Source: Gemmatimonadota bacterium (GTDB lineage Bacteria > Gemmatimonadota > Gemmatimonadetes > Gemmatimonadales > GWC2-71-9). From it: a stretch of DNA of 19,821 nucleotides. The stretch is taken from contig JBDHKN010000082.1 of assembly GCA_039586365.1 (NCBI GenBank), positions 1 to 19,821 of the forward strand. The letters run 5' to 3'. The position numbers and the translations under genes are program-made. Below, piece after piece: positions 18,422-19,821 of this stretch. The notes under the pieces were generated by a model. That model was not told the origin of the DNA, did not search any database, and worked only from the letters and a program-made list of their open reading frames with translations. The number at the start of each line of letters is the position of its first letter. Position 1 is the stretch's first letter.

Positions 18422-18643
18422 AGATCCCTCCTTTGGGTTTGGCAGCGCGACTCAGAGGGCGACGGAGCGAAACTAAGTCTCCGACTGCAACTCGGGAAGA
18501 CAACCATTTTGCCGCCTGCGGTGCATGGGCCCGGTGTGGCGTACCGCCGGGTGTTGTAGCTGGGCGGTGTGGTACCGCCGGGTGGACGGGATGGAGCCGC
18601 GGAGGTACCGCCCCGGCGCGGCGCGGGAAGGCGGGAGAAACGA
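18422..18643. repeat. Proximal arm/leader copy
   Basis: Roughly 80-85% identical to 19386-19605; its gene-proximal part also recurs at 17787-17866; three GTACCGCC motifs. Confidence 0.88.
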
Positions 18644-18686
18644 CGCGCCCGTCAGGACTCGAACCTACGACCCTCGGCTTAGAAGG
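18644..18686 (-). repeat. tRNA-Arg 3'-half fragment (att-like junction between modules)
   Basis: 41/43 match to 19606-19648. Confidence 0.92.
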
Positions 18687-18905
18687 GCGTGCCTGATTCG
18701 TGTCCATTCGTATCCATACGAACTAATACGGTGTCATACGTGCTCATACGTTCACCACCACAGAACATATGAACACGTATCGACACGTATGGAACCGTAC
18801 CGATCCGAATGGAGGTTCCACAGTCTGTTCCACAGTGAGGTAGAACCGACTACACCTCCCGGCGCGGGGCCGGGCGGTGTGCTCGTGGCTGCAAAGACTA
18901 GTGGC
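18687..18905. repeat. Distal arm copy: inverted 10-bp-phased pentamer arrays, GTTCCAC direct repeat and hairpin (18852-18880)
   Basis: Direct repeat of 17085-17303. Confidence 0.9.
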
Positions 18906-19385
18906 TCACGGCTGCTCTGGCTGAGGAAGCGGCGCGTCAAGGTTCCATATGAGCACCGTCCAAAGCCAGGAATCATCTGCTTGTTTCCGCGAGATCAAGA
19001 CATACTTGCCGGTGATCGTGAGGGGCTCTGCCACGTCCTCAGCGACAAACGTCTCAGACCAGGTCCCACGGTCAAACGCCAGATCACCGTACCCATCGAT
19101 TTGCAGCGAGGTAATGGTGAAATCCTGAATTGTAGCTTCTTCAGCCTCACATGCAGCTGTCATGGCCGCCCGTCCCTCAATCATGGGTCCGTCCTGAGGC
19201 AACAAGACAGCGTCCTCGGCAAGCATCGCGTTTGAGGCATCGCAGTCGCCCGCCAAGGTAGCCTGAATGTTTGCGGCTGTCAGATTGTTCAGGGCTGCGA
19301 TGTCCGCATCGGACAGGGGAGCTACACCAGGTTGGCAAGCGGCCAGAAAGGCCAGAGACAGTACGGACAGTGTGAGACGGCGCAT
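18906..19385 (-). CDS. NTF2-like (DUF4440/YybH/SnoaL-like) lipoprotein
   Basis: About 70% aa identical to 17304-17786; lipobox FLAAC; AAGGAGGG RBS. Confidence 0.88.
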   Translation of the reverse strand: MRRLTLSVLSLAFLAACQPGVAPLSDADIAALNNLTAANIQATLAGDCDASNAMLAEDAVLLPQDGPMIEGRAAMTAACEAEEATIQDFTITSLQIDGYGDLAFDRGTWSETFVAEDVAEPLTITGKYVLISRKQADDSWLWTVLIWNLDAPLPQPEQP

Positions 19386-19605
19386 ACACCCCTCCTTTGG
19401 GTTTGGGAGCGCGACTCGGAGGGCGACGGAGGGAAACTAAGTCTCCGACCGCAACTCGGAAAGACAACCGTTTACTGCCTGCGGTGCATGGGCCCGGTGC
19501 GGCGTACCGCCGGGCGTTGTGCTGGGCCGTGTGGTATCGCCAGGTGAACGGGATGGCGGGACGGAGGTACCGCCCCGGCGCGGTGTGGGGAGGCGGGGGA
19601 AACAA
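19386..19605. repeat. Proximal arm/leader copy
   Basis: Direct repeat of 18422-18643. Confidence 0.88.
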
Positions 19606-19679
19606 CGCGCCCGGTAGGACTCGAACCTACGACCCTCGGCTTAGAAGGCCGATGCTCTATCCAGCTGAGCTACGGGCGC
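19606..19679 (-). tRNA. tRNA-Arg(UCU)
   Basis: GCGCCCG TA GCTC AGCTGGATA GAGC A TCGGC CTTCTAA GCCGA GGGTC GTAGG TTCGAGT CCTAC CGGGCGC G folds into a full cloverleaf; anticodon TCT; CCA not encoded. Confidence 0.97.
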
Positions 19680-19821
19680 CAGCTCCGCAATTCGCTAATG
19701 CCAACCCCTTACGCAACCTCATTCCGTAGAACCTGCTCTTCCGCCTCTACCGTGGGGGCAATTTTGGTGGCACTTCTCAGTGGGCGTCACAGACCTCTCA
19801 TCTGCTTCCTCGCGGCCTCCA

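Larger units (their letters stand above)
17043..18643 (-). mobile_element. Putative non-autonomous tRNA-integrated module 2 (about 1.6 kb, two cargo genes)
   Basis: Bounded by direct repeats of the tRNA 3' half; conserved arms shared with module 1; no integrase inside. Confidence 0.65.
18644..19605 (-). mobile_element. Putative non-autonomous tRNA-integrated module 1 (962 bp, one cargo gene)
   Basis: Lies between the intact tRNA and a 3'-half copy; same arm architecture as module 2. Confidence 0.65.

Noticed and set aside
17304..19385. Diversity-generating retroelement template/variable repeat pair
   Set aside because: Differences are spread along both full genes and involve all bases; no reverse transcriptase in the window.
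17085..19605. Classical integron with attC sites
   Set aside because: I found no convincing attC structure; unit boundaries are tRNA halves and the genes appear to have their own promoters.

Overview
GC-rich bacterial window; the gene content (PadR/duplicated-permease pair, NTF2-like lipoproteins) suggests Gemmatimonadota or Acidobacteriota, by inference only. Bases 1-16.9 kb hold mostly ordinary genes: a minus-strand operon (FAD oxidoreductase, CocE/NonD hydrolase, D-amino-acid dehydrogenase), a Lon-like protease with a universal stress protein, OmpH/Skp, a YnbA/YnbB-like phospholipid operon and PadR plus a duplicated ABC permease. Scattered among them are four paralogs of an unrecognised small CxxC..CxxC protein family. 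The most striking region is 17.0-19.8 kb. An intact tRNA-Arg(UCU) on the minus strand is followed by two tandem integrase-less modules (about 0.96 and 1.6 kb), each closed by a copy of the tRNA 3' half. Each module has a conserved proximal arm, a conserved distal arm with two inverted arrays of pentamers phased at exactly 10 bp, and lipoprotein cargo genes with their own putative promoter and terminator. This looks like a tRNA-anchored cassette array. A possible integrase C-terminus and arm-like repeats lie just upstream of the tRNA at the window edge. All percent identities are hand counts; no searches were run.
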